A stretch of DNA of 64,000 nt from Myxococcota bacterium. Its GTDB lineage: Bacteria > Myxococcota_A > SURF-8. The stretch spans positions 2,528,001 to 2,592,000 of the forward strand of contig OZ223209.1 of NCBI GenBank assembly GCA_965140415.1, read 5' to 3'. Of this stretch, positions 49,862 through 60,452 are shown piece after piece. The position numbers were made by a program, and so were the translations under genes. How positions within the stretch are numbered: position 1 is the stretch's first letter; the number at the start of each line of letters is the position of its first letter. Under the pieces are notes generated by a model, which searched no databases, was not told the origin of the DNA, and was given only the letters and a program-made list of their open reading frames with translations.

Positions 49862-50716
49862 TTAGAATCCCCAGTCTCGAGCATAATTGAAATCCCTGTC
49901 GATCGTGCGCGGACTGACCTTGGCAATAACAGGCAGGCGACGCTTGAATTGAGAGGAACGAATCATCTCCTGAATGCGCTGGATGAAGGTCGTATCGAAG
50001 CCAGCTTCAATCAATTCATCAACCGAGCGACGACGGTCGATCATGGCAATTAACAGCCGATCGACTTCGGCATAGGTGAATCCCAGTTGTCCTTCATCTG
50101 TCTGTCCGGACCATAAATCGGCGCTAGGTGGTTTGTTGAGGATAGCTTCCGGAACACCTAAATGTGCGGCCAACTGGAAAATCTGCATTTTGTACAGATC
50201 GCCGATCGGATTGATGGCGCTGGCCAAATCACCGTGCAGGGTGCCGTAACCTAATAGCAGTTCCGTTTTATTACTGGTGCCCAATACCAGTGCGCGTTCG
50301 ATTACCGAGAAATCGTACAGGATCGTCATACGTTCCCGGGCCATTTTGTTACCGATGCGGTTTCTCATCACCGCTTCATCATTGCTGGTAGGAATTTCCG
50401 GCTTATCAAAGTAAGTTTCAACTTGTGGAGAAACGGACACGACGTGATGCCTGGGTAGTTGCAGATCTTCAACACAGGCCAGCGCATCTTTCAGGCTGTT
50501 CGGGTTGGAAACACCAGATGGCATGATCACCGGAATGACATTTTCCTTGCCTAAAGCCCGGGCTGCCAAATAGCAAACTACGGCGGAATCAATGCCTCCG
50601 GAAAGTCCCAGCACCACGCGATTCACGCCCACCTTGGTAACTTCATCCATCAGAAAGGCCGACAATATCCGTTCAACTAGAACCGGTGAAATTTCAAGTT
50701 CTTTTGCTGCATTCAT
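49862..50716 (-). CDS. nadE: NAD+ synthetase (synthetase domain only)
   Basis: LGLSGGIDSA, GNKMARERM, GTSNKTE and PPSADL. Confidence 0.96.
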   Translation of the reverse strand: MNAAKELEISPVLVERILSAFLMDEVTKVGVNRVVLGLSGGIDSAVVCYLAARALGKENVIPVIMPSGVSNPNSLKDALACVEDLQLPRHHVVSVSPQVETYFDKPEIPTSNDEAVMRNRIGNKMARERMTILYDFSVIERALVLGTSNKTELLLGYGTLHGDLASAINPIGDLYKMQIFQLAAHLGVPEAILNKPPSADLWSGQTDEGQLGFTYAEVDRLLIAMIDRRRSVDELIEAGFDTTFIQRIQEMIRSSQFKRRLPVIAKVSPRTIDRDFNYARDWGF

Positions 50717-50719
50717 AGT

Positions 50720-51622
50720 CTATTCTCCGTCCAGATGCTGTCGCCCGATACGTTTCAACTCGCGCGTGAGCAACTCGTAGTCGTCCATCGCTCCACCGGG
50801 CAGCATGATGCGTTGCTCACGGATCAAAGCACCTGGATCGACATCCGCCACCAACATGTCCTCGTCGAACAGTTTCGCACGGGCGATTTCTATGCCTCCT
50901 GGGCCGACTATTGCTGATCCGCCTGTGTAGACGAAGCCGTCTTCTACACCCACGCGCTGGCAGACCAACACCAGGGCGTTGTTCGTCAATGCGGCTGATT
51001 GTGCCAATACACGCCAGCGATCGGCGTTGGCGGGTTCTTCTCGTCCGCTTTCCACTCCTCGTGCAGGAGAGTTGGCGCCCACGATCATTACTCCAACGCC
51101 TTCCAGTTTGGGACCGTCGAGGGCAAGCATCAATGTGTTGGCCGGATGCCAGAGATCTTCGCATATCAGCAGACCACAGCGGCCCAGCAGCGGCGAATCG
51201 TAGGCTCGCAGGCTGTTGCCACGGCTGAAATAGCGTTCTTCTTCGAACATGCCATAGGTCGGCAGGTTGATTTTGCGGTGATTGTGCAGCAACTGCGCCT
51301 TGCCTGCTTTGTCGATATGGAGATGTGCCATGGCATTGTAGTATTGATAACCGGCAGACTGTTCCAGGTAGCCACAGACAATTTCGATTTCGCGTCCCAC
51401 GCCTAACCCGCTCCAAAGATCGAGGAGGCGATCCGGTGTCAATGCCACATCAGAAGTCAGGTCTTTTAGTTGATAGCCGGTTAGCGACAATTCGGGAAAC
51501 ACCACCAGATCTGCGCCTTGAGTGCGTTGATCGGCGACGATGCGTGCTTGTCGCTGGAAATTATATTCAACCTGTCCAAGTTTACTGGATACTTGCACCA
51601 ATGCCAGTTTGATCGTCGGCAT
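50720..51622 (-). CDS. Nitrilase-family C-N hydrolase, likely the glutaminase subunit of NadE
   Basis: FPELS, HRKINLPTYGMFEE and ICEDLWH (E-K-C triad); ends 3 bp upstream of nadE. Confidence 0.9.
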   Translation of the reverse strand: MPTIKLALVQVSSKLGQVEYNFQRQARIVADQRTQGADLVVFPELSLTGYQLKDLTSDVALTPDRLLDLWSGLGVGREIEIVCGYLEQSAGYQYYNAMAHLHIDKAGKAQLLHNHRKINLPTYGMFEEERYFSRGNSLRAYDSPLLGRCGLLICEDLWHPANTLMLALDGPKLEGVGVMIVGANSPARGVESGREEPANADRWRVLAQSAALTNNALVLVCQRVGVEDGFVYTGGSAIVGPGGIEIARAKLFDEDMLVADVDPGALIREQRIMLPGGAMDDYELLTRELKRIGRQHLDGE

Positions 51623-51963
51623 ACCTTTTCCTCTAATCATCAAAACGAGTTCGTCTTAGTGGTTCAATAAGTTTTACCAACAACGAGTCATTAAGGTCGA
51701 TTTCTAGGTAAGCTGAACTTACTACCACAGAAATTACTGCCAGTGTAGTCGTCTTGTTGATGTATTTACAAGTTTTTCATGTGCAGTTGTGCAAACTTTC
51801 TTGCAATTGCGATCAATTCGAGTTGATCTGACCACAATGCCTTTTTCGTTGCAACCCAGCGGTAACTCACGTATAAACCTAGTGGCGTTTTTACTGAAAA
51901 ATGTTGAAGATGTAAACGGGCATAGATACTGTTAATAAATCATGGATTGAATGACGGAGCATT

Positions 51964-53550
51964 ATGGGACAACGAGGTAATATTCCAAGGAAAATCAAGG
52001 GATTTCGTGATGTCGAGCCTGAGGCGGCAGACTTTCGCCAGTGGATGGTCGAAACGATTTGCAACGTGTACCGGTCTTACGGTTTCGAACACTGGGATAC
52101 TCCGGCATTGGAATACGCGGATTGCCTGGGTAAATATTTACCCGACGCCGATAGCGTGGCGCAGGGCGTCTTTTCTTTCCGCAACCCAGAAGAGGAACCG
52201 ATTCTCGATACCTTGGGCAAGCCGCTGCGCGATGAGAAGAACAACGTATTGATGGAGAATCATTTCACCACGCTGCGTTATGATTTAACGGCTCCTCTTG
52301 CACGGTTGTATGCAGAAATGCTCTGGAACAAGGGCATGAAGAAAATCGATCCGAACACGTTCAAGCCGCCGCTATTACGTCGCTATCAATATGGACCGGT
52401 ATATCGTTTCGAAGCGAAACTGGATCCCGGTCGTTATCGAGAATTCTGGCAACTTGATTTCGATACCGTAGGCGTGGCCGATAGCGCTTGCGATGCGGAA
52501 GCCTGTTGTATTCTCTGTGATGCGCTGGAAGCGCTTGGCATCGAACGCGGCATGTATGAGGCGCGCATCAATAACCGCAAATTGCATCGTGGACTGTTTG
52601 AGAAGGTCGGGATTGCCGGACAGGAACAACTGGAACAGGATGTGATGCGGGTGATCGACAAGGTCGACAAAATCGGTGCAGACGGCGTGGTGGCCGAGTT
52701 GGGGAAGGGGCGCAAGGATCAGGAGTCCGGTGCGTTCATCGATGGTCTTGGCTTGTCTACCGAAAAGATCGATCCGATCCTTGGTTTCTTGCAATCCTGC
52801 ATCGGTCAGCAGAATCGCGAAGTGGTATTGGAGAATTTAACTTCGATGCTTGGCGATACTCCTTCGGGACGAGAAGGCATTGAGGAATTACAACAGATTC
52901 ATTCCCTGTTGCAGGATCTTGGTTATCAGGATGACCGGGTGGTGTTCGATCCTTCCGTTGCACGTGGCATGGCTTATTACACGGGACCGGTATTCGAAGT
53001 CGTTTCCAAGATGGAGTACAAAGACGAAAAGGGCAGGGTACGTCCTTTTGGCTCAATAAGCGGTGGTGGTCGATATGACGGGCTGGTCAAGCGTCTGTTA
53101 AACATCGAAATTCCAGCGACCGGAGCCTCTATCGGCGTGGATCGATTGATGGAACTGTTGCGCCAGATGCAAGCCCCGCGCAAAGGAAAAGGACCGGTGC
53201 TGATCGTCATGTTCGACGAGCATTTGAAAAACGAATATCACCGAATGGCCATGGAATTGCGCAGGGCAGGAATCGCTGCCGAGGTTTATTACGGCATTCA
53301 GCGGAAAATGAAGGCGCAGATGTCCTATGCGGACAGTAAAGACGCCCCGATCGCGGTATTGGCTGGAGAAGACGAGATGCGCAATGGAACGGTTTCGCTC
53401 AAAGATCTGACGCTTGGCAAGCGTTTGGCCGAGAAAGTCAAGGAACGTTCCGAGTGGCAAAAGGCACGACCGGCCCAGCAGGAAGTCGCTAGGGATAAAC
53501 TGGTTGAGAGTGTGGCGGACATTCTAAAGGCCCAGCAGAACGGGGAATAG
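51964..53550 (+). CDS. hisS: Histidine--tRNA ligase
   Basis: KGFRD, LRYDLTAPLAR, GRYREFWQLDFD, RGMAYYTG and GGGRYD. Confidence 0.97.
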   Translation: MGQRGNIPRKIKGFRDVEPEAADFRQWMVETICNVYRSYGFEHWDTPALEYADCLGKYLPDADSVAQGVFSFRNPEEEPILDTLGKPLRDEKNNVLMENHFTTLRYDLTAPLARLYAEMLWNKGMKKIDPNTFKPPLLRRYQYGPVYRFEAKLDPGRYREFWQLDFDTVGVADSACDAEACCILCDALEALGIERGMYEARINNRKLHRGLFEKVGIAGQEQLEQDVMRVIDKVDKIGADGVVAELGKGRKDQESGAFIDGLGLSTEKIDPILGFLQSCIGQQNREVVLENLTSMLGDTPSGREGIEELQQIHSLLQDLGYQDDRVVFDPSVARGMAYYTGPVFEVVSKMEYKDEKGRVRPFGSISGGGRYDGLVKRLLNIEIPATGASIGVDRLMELLRQMQAPRKGKGPVLIVMFDEHLKNEYHRMAMELRRAGIAAEVYYGIQRKMKAQMSYADSKDAPIAVLAGEDEMRNGTVSLKDLTLGKRLAEKVKERSEWQKARPAQQEVARDKLVESVADILKAQQNGE

Positions 53551-53607
53551 CCGATTTCATAATGGAAAAGGCATCGTTCGTTTCCAATCTTTCTTATTCT
53601 TTTAAGG

Positions 53608-55359
53608 ATGCAACGGATGATTACGATTGGAAAAGAGATTAAGTTGACGATGGCGGAAGTGGTATGTGTCGCCCATGGTGAGACGGTCTGTCTGGACCGT
53701 AAAACATCGAAAATTCTCGATGAACGTCGCCGCCAGATCGAAACGTTTATCAGTGCTTCTAAACGGCCTTCTTACGGTTTCAATCGAGGTTTCGGGCACA
53801 ACGTAGATAAAGCTGTGGAACCGCATCGGCTTAAAGATCTACAAGCTAACCTGATCCGCTCTCACGCTTCAGGTGTAGGCGATCCGGTTCCGGTGGAGGT
53901 CGTGAGAGCCACTATCTTTTTGCGTGCCCAGTCTTTGGCGCAAGGGCATAGCGGCGTACGCGCTTTGATAATTGAGCGATTGCTGGATTTGATCAACCTG
54001 AATATCATTCCCGTCGTGCCGAAGTATGGTTCGGTGGGAGCCAGCGGTGATCTTGCCCCATTGTCTCATATTGCGTTGAGCTTGCTGGGTGAAGGGGAAG
54101 TCTATTATGGAAGCGAACGATGGGTGACGCCTGCTGCCGAAGCTCTTGAAGCGGAAGGACTGGAACCGCTTGAATTGCAAATGAAGGAAGGTCTGGCGCT
54201 TAGCAATGGGTTGCAATTCTCTACTGCGCTTGGCATCTTATCGCTAGACAAATTGCAGACGCTCTTGCGCACGGCAGCCGTTACGACGGCGGTTTCCGCC
54301 CAGGTTATGCTAGGGAGCGATGAGGCGTTTCGGCCCGACCTGCATGCACTGCGTCCCCACCCGGGAGCGTTGCAGGTGGCGCATTGGATCTGGAACTTGA
54401 TGCAGGATTCTCCATTGCGTCGTTCGCATGAATCTTATGAAACGGATGGCGAAATTCAGGATCCCTATTCCATTCGATGTGCCGGGCAGGTGCTTGGAAG
54501 CTGCTATGACCTTTTAGACGAAGCCAAACGTACCTTCGAAATTGAAATCAATAGTGTAACCGATAATCCTCTTGTGTTGGAAGATCCGCAGACATTGGAC
54601 AGTTACACGTCCATCGTTTCCGGTGGACATTTTCACGGGATGCCGGTGGCAGTCAAACTGTATAACTTGATGCAGGCCATGGGCATCATGGCAAGGCTGT
54701 CCAATATGCGCTGTGCACGATACGTTGACGAGGGCCGTAACAAGGGGTTGGGCAGCGATCTCGTTTGTCCTTGGCTGGACCCGGAATCACAGGCAACCAG
54801 CAGTGGCATGATGATCCCAGAATATGTCACGGCGGCTTTAACCAACCATATCTGGGGTGCATGTTCTCCAAGCCATCTGTATTCCCTCTCGACAGATGCT
54901 GGACAGGAAGATCACGTCAGCATGAGTGCAGGTCTGGCCGTAAGGGTGTGGGAGACGATTCCTCGTTTGGCGGAAGTATTGGGAATTGAGTTGGCTTTCG
55001 GTGCGCAGGCAGCAGCCATCAGGCGGCAGATGGAGCATTTTCCTACAAAGAGGATTTTGTCCGAAGAAGCGCGAACGAAAGTCCAGGACGCACGCGATGA
55101 GTATGAGGCGGCGCTTCGCAGAGAGTTGGAAGATGGCGATTTCGACATCCGTTTGAGCTTACGTCTGGAACATCACTGGCCACCCGAACAACGCAGGTTA
55201 AGCGAAGTCTGTGAGAAAATTGTCGAGCGGGTAGAAGAATACTTCCCAACAGTGACGCTGGATCGTTCCATGTCCAATCAGTTACGGGCGCTGGCCGATG
55301 CCGTATTGGCTGGCGAGTTTTCAGAGATTGCACAGTCATGTTTGACGGATTTGCCGTGA
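53608..55359 (+). CDS. hutH: Histidine ammonia-lyase (MIO-dependent aromatic amino acid lyase)
   Basis: LIRSHASG, GSVGASGDLAPL (MIO ASG), QDPYSIRC, GGHFHG and QEDHVSM. Confidence 0.88.
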   Translation: MQRMITIGKEIKLTMAEVVCVAHGETVCLDRKTSKILDERRRQIETFISASKRPSYGFNRGFGHNVDKAVEPHRLKDLQANLIRSHASGVGDPVPVEVVRATIFLRAQSLAQGHSGVRALIIERLLDLINLNIIPVVPKYGSVGASGDLAPLSHIALSLLGEGEVYYGSERWVTPAAEALEAEGLEPLELQMKEGLALSNGLQFSTALGILSLDKLQTLLRTAAVTTAVSAQVMLGSDEAFRPDLHALRPHPGALQVAHWIWNLMQDSPLRRSHESYETDGEIQDPYSIRCAGQVLGSCYDLLDEAKRTFEIEINSVTDNPLVLEDPQTLDSYTSIVSGGHFHGMPVAVKLYNLMQAMGIMARLSNMRCARYVDEGRNKGLGSDLVCPWLDPESQATSSGMMIPEYVTAALTNHIWGACSPSHLYSLSTDAGQEDHVSMSAGLAVRVWETIPRLAEVLGIELAFGAQAAAIRRQMEHFPTKRILSEEARTKVQDARDEYEAALRRELEDGDFDIRLSLRLEHHWPPEQRRLSEVCEKIVERVEEYFPTVTLDRSMSNQLRALADAVLAGEFSEIAQSCLTDLP

Positions 55360-55488
55360 TCTCGAAAGATGTTAAGAGCCAGTATTCGATATGGCGCTGC
55401 CGTTCGAATTGCGATTTGTCATTAATGTGCTACTATACTACGGTCCAAAGAGGGAAATTGTTTTTCTTGGAAAGGAGGCGGCGTTTCG

Positions 55489-55947
55489 ATGCTGTCTACC
55501 GTTGAAAAAGTGTTGTTCTTGAAGCAGATCGAACTGTTTCAGCGCATTCCTGGTGAAGAATTGGCGCGGATCGCGCGCATCACACGCGAAGTGGTGTTCG
55601 GAGAAGGTGAGCATTTGATCTTCGAGGGTGATATCGGCGACGCGCTGTATCTGATCATCGAAGGCGAGGTGCGCGTGCAGGTGCGCGGACGTGATATTGC
55701 GAGCCTGGGTAATAATCAGTGTGTTGGGGAAATGGCTATTTTAGATAGCGAACCGCGCTCTGCAACCGTATTGGCTTCCACTTCGGTGCATGCTCTGAAA
55801 ATCGAGCGTGATGATTTTCATGATATTCTGAACGAGCGCAACGAGATTGCGCTGGGGATCATTCAGGTGTTGACCTGGCGCTTTCGAAACGAATTGCAGA
55901 AAACCGCCGAGCAGAACCCGGAGGATCTAACCCACCTTAAAGCTTGA
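55489..55947 (+). CDS. Cyclic-nucleotide-binding domain protein
   Basis: EGDIGDALYLI and GEMAILDSEPRSATV. Confidence 0.92.
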   Translation: MLSTVEKVLFLKQIELFQRIPGEELARIARITREVVFGEGEHLIFEGDIGDALYLIIEGEVRVQVRGRDIASLGNNQCVGEMAILDSEPRSATVLASTSVHALKIERDDFHDILNERNEIALGIIQVLTWRFRNELQKTAEQNPEDLTHLKA

Positions 55948-55955
55948 GTCCGTGA

Positions 55956-56684
55956 TTAGGCTTTGCTGTAATCTTTATTTTCTTCGTATCGTTTCATCAT
56001 GTCAGAGATGACACGTTTCTCATCTAACCCCAGAAAACGCGAATATTGCTGGATGAAGCCTTTGACATACACAATGGCTGGCAGCTTTTCCCAATCTTCC
56101 TGTTCGAGCATTTGCAGATTGCTTACGGATAGTTTTGTATAGTCTGATACCAGGCGCAAATCTACATTGGCTTGTTCTCGCAGTTCCTTGAGGTATTCTC
56201 CAGAAAATACGGCATCTTCAGGAATTTCCAGTTCGCGACGCATGTTAGCTAGATCGAATTCCTTTTCGATTTCCTTTTCCGAATTCTTGTTCTCTTTAGA
56301 ATTTGGTGGAGCCTCCATCTCACTTGAAGTAGTGTGTGTTTGGTCGTTTTCAACGTTGTAAGAATCGCTGATATCGTCGTTTGATGTGGAACTGATGGTG
56401 AGATGCAAATGCTTTTTTCGTTTAAGCGGTTCCGCAATCAGGGTTTTGTCGTATTCCCGTCGGTTCTCCGGGTCAATTAGAACCCGGTATACCTGCTCGA
56501 CCTGTTCGAGAAAGGAATTCAATTCCTCCTGTGAGTAAAGCCCGTATGTGGCCAGCGAGTCGCCGGAATAGATTTTTTTTATACGATCGTAGGCTCTGCG
56601 GATTTCCTCCTCATCTGCTCCCGGACTAATTTCCAGGATATCATAGTAGCTTTGAGAGAATGGTTGTCGCGTGTTCTCGCTCAT
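55956..56684 (-). CDS. J-like domain + RodZ-type HTH protein
   Basis: YYDILEISPGADEEEIRRAY...LIDPENRREYD; SGEYLKELRE...LPAIVYVKGFIQQY. Confidence 0.85.
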   Translation of the reverse strand: MSENTRQPFSQSYYDILEISPGADEEEIRRAYDRIKKIYSGDSLATYGLYSQEELNSFLEQVEQVYRVLIDPENRREYDKTLIAEPLKRKKHLHLTISSTSNDDISDSYNVENDQTHTTSSEMEAPPNSKENKNSEKEIEKEFDLANMRRELEIPEDAVFSGEYLKELREQANVDLRLVSDYTKLSVSNLQMLEQEDWEKLPAIVYVKGFIQQYSRFLGLDEKRVISDMMKRYEENKDYSKA

Positions 56685-57691
56685 GCCTGTTTTTCGTCCT
56701 GTTTATCCTTGATTTCCTGAGAAAGGAGTTTGTGCGAAATATATTCGATCTGCTCGGTAGCTTTAGAGTCTTTTGAAACGATATGCAATGGTTTTCGCTG
56801 GCGAACCGATGCGAAAACGGAGCTGTCATGATCCACTGTGCCCAGGTATTCAGGAGCCATACCGAAATAGCGTTTACAGGCGCTGATGATACCTGATCCT
56901 AACTCGGCTTCCGCGCTGGATCGAGATTGATTGAGTAACAGTCTTAGTTTCATGCGTTCAACTTCGTTGAACAGCAGATCTCCGGCTGCGGGATCGAAAA
57001 AGCGGACTGCCGAGACAAGGTCGCGTGGAGTTTTGATTCCAAGCTCACGCCGGTTCATCATGGCTTTTTCCACAACGTCTTCAATCTGAAGCTTGGTTTC
57101 GATGGTCTTGAACAAGCGGAAGAAGAGGCTGCGGAGCAATTCGTACGTGCGTTCAATGGCCGTTGGCTCCGGTACGGCAGTGATTACTGCGTAGTCGGCC
57201 CAGATGGCGTGATCGAACAGATTGAAGCAAAGGTGGCTGCCCAAGTCCATGATGACTAGATCGAAGGGGAGTCCACGGGTTTTACGAATTAAATAGGGGC
57301 ACTGGATGGCAGAATTATGGGTGGATGATTCTCGCATGCCGCTGATCAACTTCAGCTTGACAAACGGTGTTTCCACAATCAGATCTTCCAGATGTTCGGA
57401 TTCTTCCTCTAGAAAGTCTACTGTTTTTCTAGGTGGGGAGATTCCAAGCAGCGTATGCAGGTTTTGTCCCCAGCGGACGCCGTCCACCAGCAGAACGCGT
57501 TTTCCCATTTGCGCGAGGTACACTCCGATATTCGCGCATAACATGGAATTCCCTACGCCGCCTTTTCCGGAGAAAAACGCTAAAATTCTTGGCGTATTGG
57601 ATTCGTAGGAGGAATGCCGTTCAATGATCGGTTCCTGTGCATATGGACCGGCATGGTCCACTGAATCGCTGGTTTGCTCCTCAACTGCCAC
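56681..57691 (-). CDS. MinD/FlhG-like P-loop protein with degenerate Walker A
   Basis: SGKGGVGNS, GKRVLLVD, MDLG and PEPTAIE; GTG at 57691 after AGGAAGG. The start is uncertain. Confidence 0.85.
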   Translation of the reverse strand: MAVEEQTSDSVDHAGPYAQEPIIERHSSYESNTPRILAFFSGKGGVGNSMLCANIGVYLAQMGKRVLLVDGVRWGQNLHTLLGISPPRKTVDFLEEESEHLEDLIVETPFVKLKLISGMRESSTHNSAIQCPYLIRKTRGLPFDLVIMDLGSHLCFNLFDHAIWADYAVITAVPEPTAIERTYELLRSLFFRLFKTIETKLQIEDVVEKAMMNRRELGIKTPRDLVSAVRFFDPAAGDLLFNEVERMKLRLLLNQSRSSAEAELGSGIISACKRYFGMAPEYLGTVDHDSSVFASVRQRKPLHIVSKDSKATEQIEYISHKLLSQEIKDKQDEKQA

Positions 57692-57842
57692 TGTTACCTT
57701 CCTGTTTCTGATAGATCGAACAGAATCTCTTGTATCATCCGGGAGTGTACCCGAGCGTTGGCATGAAGCCAACTCTTTTCTTGCCCGTGCTTATCCTAGT
57801 GCTAAATGCGCGTCCGACCTAGTGTGCATGGTGATTAGATGA

Positions 57843-60452
57843 TCAAGGTTTAGGATTGATCGTTTTCAAATCTAGTCCACCTGTATAGGCATAAGAGACG
57901 AACGCCGAATAGCCGTAAAGGTATACTCCTACAGGCTTGGTTGCAACCAGATGATGGGGGCCGTCTGCCAGACTCATGCGATGGCGGCGGTATTCGCCCG
58001 AAACAGCTGTAAAGGTGTTGGAGTCCAGGGTCATCACATCGTCCAGTGTGATTTGAGTGTCCAAGGGGGCAATGATCGTTGCGTTGTCATACTTGTAGTT
58101 TGGTGGCACCAAGAAAATGTATTCCTTGCGGAATTGCTCGTTGGGTGCCAATAGCATCATTGCCGGATCACCTGCTTCCGGGGTGCAGACATAGCCGCAC
58201 TCATAGCAACAGGTGTAGCCTTCTGCACAATCGGAATCGTAGTTACAATCATTGGCGAATTCCAACCCGGTGGCATCCTGGCCCGCCAGGAAATGACCGA
58301 CCATAATCGGTTTTTCCGCTGCAATCGTGAAGTCGTTGCGCGTGTTGAATTCCCATTTCTCACCGATTCCCAATGTACGTGGGCTTTGTCCGGTTGGATC
58401 GGGTGTGATTGTCACGCGCGTGTCGGCTTCGGAGGCAACGATTTTATAGTAGTCCGATTCCTGGCTGCGTGGTTCTGTACGGACAGCACAATAATTCTCA
58501 CCCCAGGTTTCTACTGGGAAGAGCTGGTGCTCCATGTGATCGCAAGCGTAGAGGTTTTCCGGGATGAACGTGCATCCATGACCGCCGTATACGGCGATCG
58601 GCTGGCTTGCCTCAATAACGCTTCCCGTCAAATCGTTATTTGCACAGAACGTGTAGGTGTCATCGTCTACATCAGGACAGTTCGTTTTGGCCGATTGCAA
58701 ACTGAGTACTTCGAATTGGTTCAGCGTGTAACTACGGGTCGCACCTGCTGTTTCGGCAGAGACGCCGCTCCCGCTTCTTGATGCGGTCGAATACTTGACC
58801 GTTACCGTTGTCGTACCTGGTTTGGTTGCTGCAATACTTAAGTAGCCGGGGGTGTCCCAGCGCTCGTCGCAATCATAACCTCCGATGCAGGTGATCAGCC
58901 AGAAGGTGCATTCGCAGATTTCAGAGCGATGTGTTGGCCAGGTTAGGCCGATGTAGTCGGATCCCATCGCTCCTTCCGGTAATAGCAACGAGGCGTCGTT
59001 ACTGTAAATAAGTACATCACCATAAGGATTCATCTGGCTGGCGATGATAGGTGCATCGCTGTGCAGGTGATAGGCTTTGGCGCTGATTCCCGCCGCGGTG
59101 ATATGATTGGCGGATCCTAAAAGAAACACCTCGACAGCACCGGGTTGAATGGTTTTGCTTTGCAATTGACCGCTTTGATTGCTGATACTGGCGTTGACGG
59201 GGAACGTTTGCGGGTTGGAAACCACCACCGCGAATTCGCCTTCGTCACCTTCTGCGCGACTTTCATTGTATAAATCCACCGGCCAATAATCGCAACCGAC
59301 ATAGCTCTTATCGAATGCGGCCATTTCACACAGGCTCATGCATTCGCCATCACGGCATTCATCGGTACCAAGGCAGGTTTCGCTTTCTTCCCACGTGGTG
59401 CCTGATTCATTGCATTGCTTAACAAGCTGAGCATCCGTTTCGTCGCAAGCCAATACTCCCGGCTCGCAGATTTGCGCCATGCACGCACCTTCGGTGCAGA
59501 CCGAATCCGATTCGGTGCAGTCCATAATCTCATCCCAATCCGTTCCAAGGGCGTTGCAGTAAAACAGAACGTCATCTTCACATTGCCAATCGCCCGCTTC
59601 ACAGATGATTTCCACACAACCGGTTCCGCGACAAATGGTGTCTTCCGGGCATTCTTCGGTGTACCAGTCGTTTCCTTCCGGCGTACACTTTTTGACAGTG
59701 TTTTCGTCCACACATTCCAGTTCGGCGTTGGGGTCGCATTCAATCGCCAAACATCCTTGATTGGCTTCACAATACGTGTGCTCGGAGCAAAGAACTTCCT
59801 CTAGTCCGGTGCCGTGACTGTTGCACTGATAGATCATGATTTCGCTGACGCATTCCCCATAGACTCCAGGTTCACAGACCTGGGTAATACATGTATCGAC
59901 GATGCAGGACTGACCCTGGGAACAATCTACCGGATCGGACCAGGCATCTCCAGTTGCATTACAAGTGATGATGCCGTTACCCAAGCACGCTTTTTCTCCC
60001 GGATTACAGGATACTTGAGGAATGTCCGGCTCCTGATCTCCATCCGGTTGTAGATCGCTGTCGGCGGGAGGAAGTTCCGTATCGCCATCAGATATTTCGA
60101 TTTCTTGATCACCATCGGGTGATGGTTGTTCTATTTCGTCATCACCGTCTGTTGTAACGGGAGATTCCGGTAAGCAGATATGATCTTGGCAGAAATATCC
60201 TGTCGTACAGTCCGTATCCTCAAAGCAGTCTGCTTCACGGCATTGTCCATCGTCGCAATAGTATGAATCCTGACAATCTAGATCGGTTGTGCAGGCTGTT
60301 ACAATGGGCGTCCAGTCGCTGTCTCCGTCGCTATAGCCGGTATCCTCGTCGGAAGATGGGGGCGTGTTTGTGGCTGAGGATGAATCACAACCATTTAATC
60401 CAATCAAAAGAAAACAAAACGACAACGAGAACAGTATTCCCAGGCGTGACAT
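57843..60452 (-). CDS. Cys-rich lipoprotein with IgGFc-binding-protein N-terminal domain
   Basis: Lipobox LNGC; Cys repeats; SYVGCDYW, SNDASLLLP, CDHMEHQLFP..TWG and VSYAYTGG. Confidence 0.88.
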   Translation of the reverse strand: MSRLGILFSLSFCFLLIGLNGCDSSSATNTPPSSDEDTGYSDGDSDWTPIVTACTTDLDCQDSYYCDDGQCREADCFEDTDCTTGYFCQDHICLPESPVTTDGDDEIEQPSPDGDQEIEISDGDTELPPADSDLQPDGDQEPDIPQVSCNPGEKACLGNGIITCNATGDAWSDPVDCSQGQSCIVDTCITQVCEPGVYGECVSEIMIYQCNSHGTGLEEVLCSEHTYCEANQGCLAIECDPNAELECVDENTVKKCTPEGNDWYTEECPEDTICRGTGCVEIICEAGDWQCEDDVLFYCNALGTDWDEIMDCTESDSVCTEGACMAQICEPGVLACDETDAQLVKQCNESGTTWEESETCLGTDECRDGECMSLCEMAAFDKSYVGCDYWPVDLYNESRAEGDEGEFAVVVSNPQTFPVNASISNQSGQLQSKTIQPGAVEVFLLGSANHITAAGISAKAYHLHSDAPIIASQMNPYGDVLIYSNDASLLLPEGAMGSDYIGLTWPTHRSEICECTFWLITCIGGYDCDERWDTPGYLSIAATKPGTTTVTVKYSTASRSGSGVSAETAGATRSYTLNQFEVLSLQSAKTNCPDVDDDTYTFCANNDLTGSVIEASQPIAVYGGHGCTFIPENLYACDHMEHQLFPVETWGENYCAVRTEPRSQESDYYKIVASEADTRVTITPDPTGQSPRTLGIGEKWEFNTRNDFTIAAEKPIMVGHFLAGQDATGLEFANDCNYDSDCAEGYTCCYECGYVCTPEAGDPAMMLLAPNEQFRKEYIFLVPPNYKYDNATIIAPLDTQITLDDVMTLDSNTFTAVSGEYRRHRMSLADGPHHLVATKPVGVYLYGYSAFVSYAYTGGLDLKTINPKP

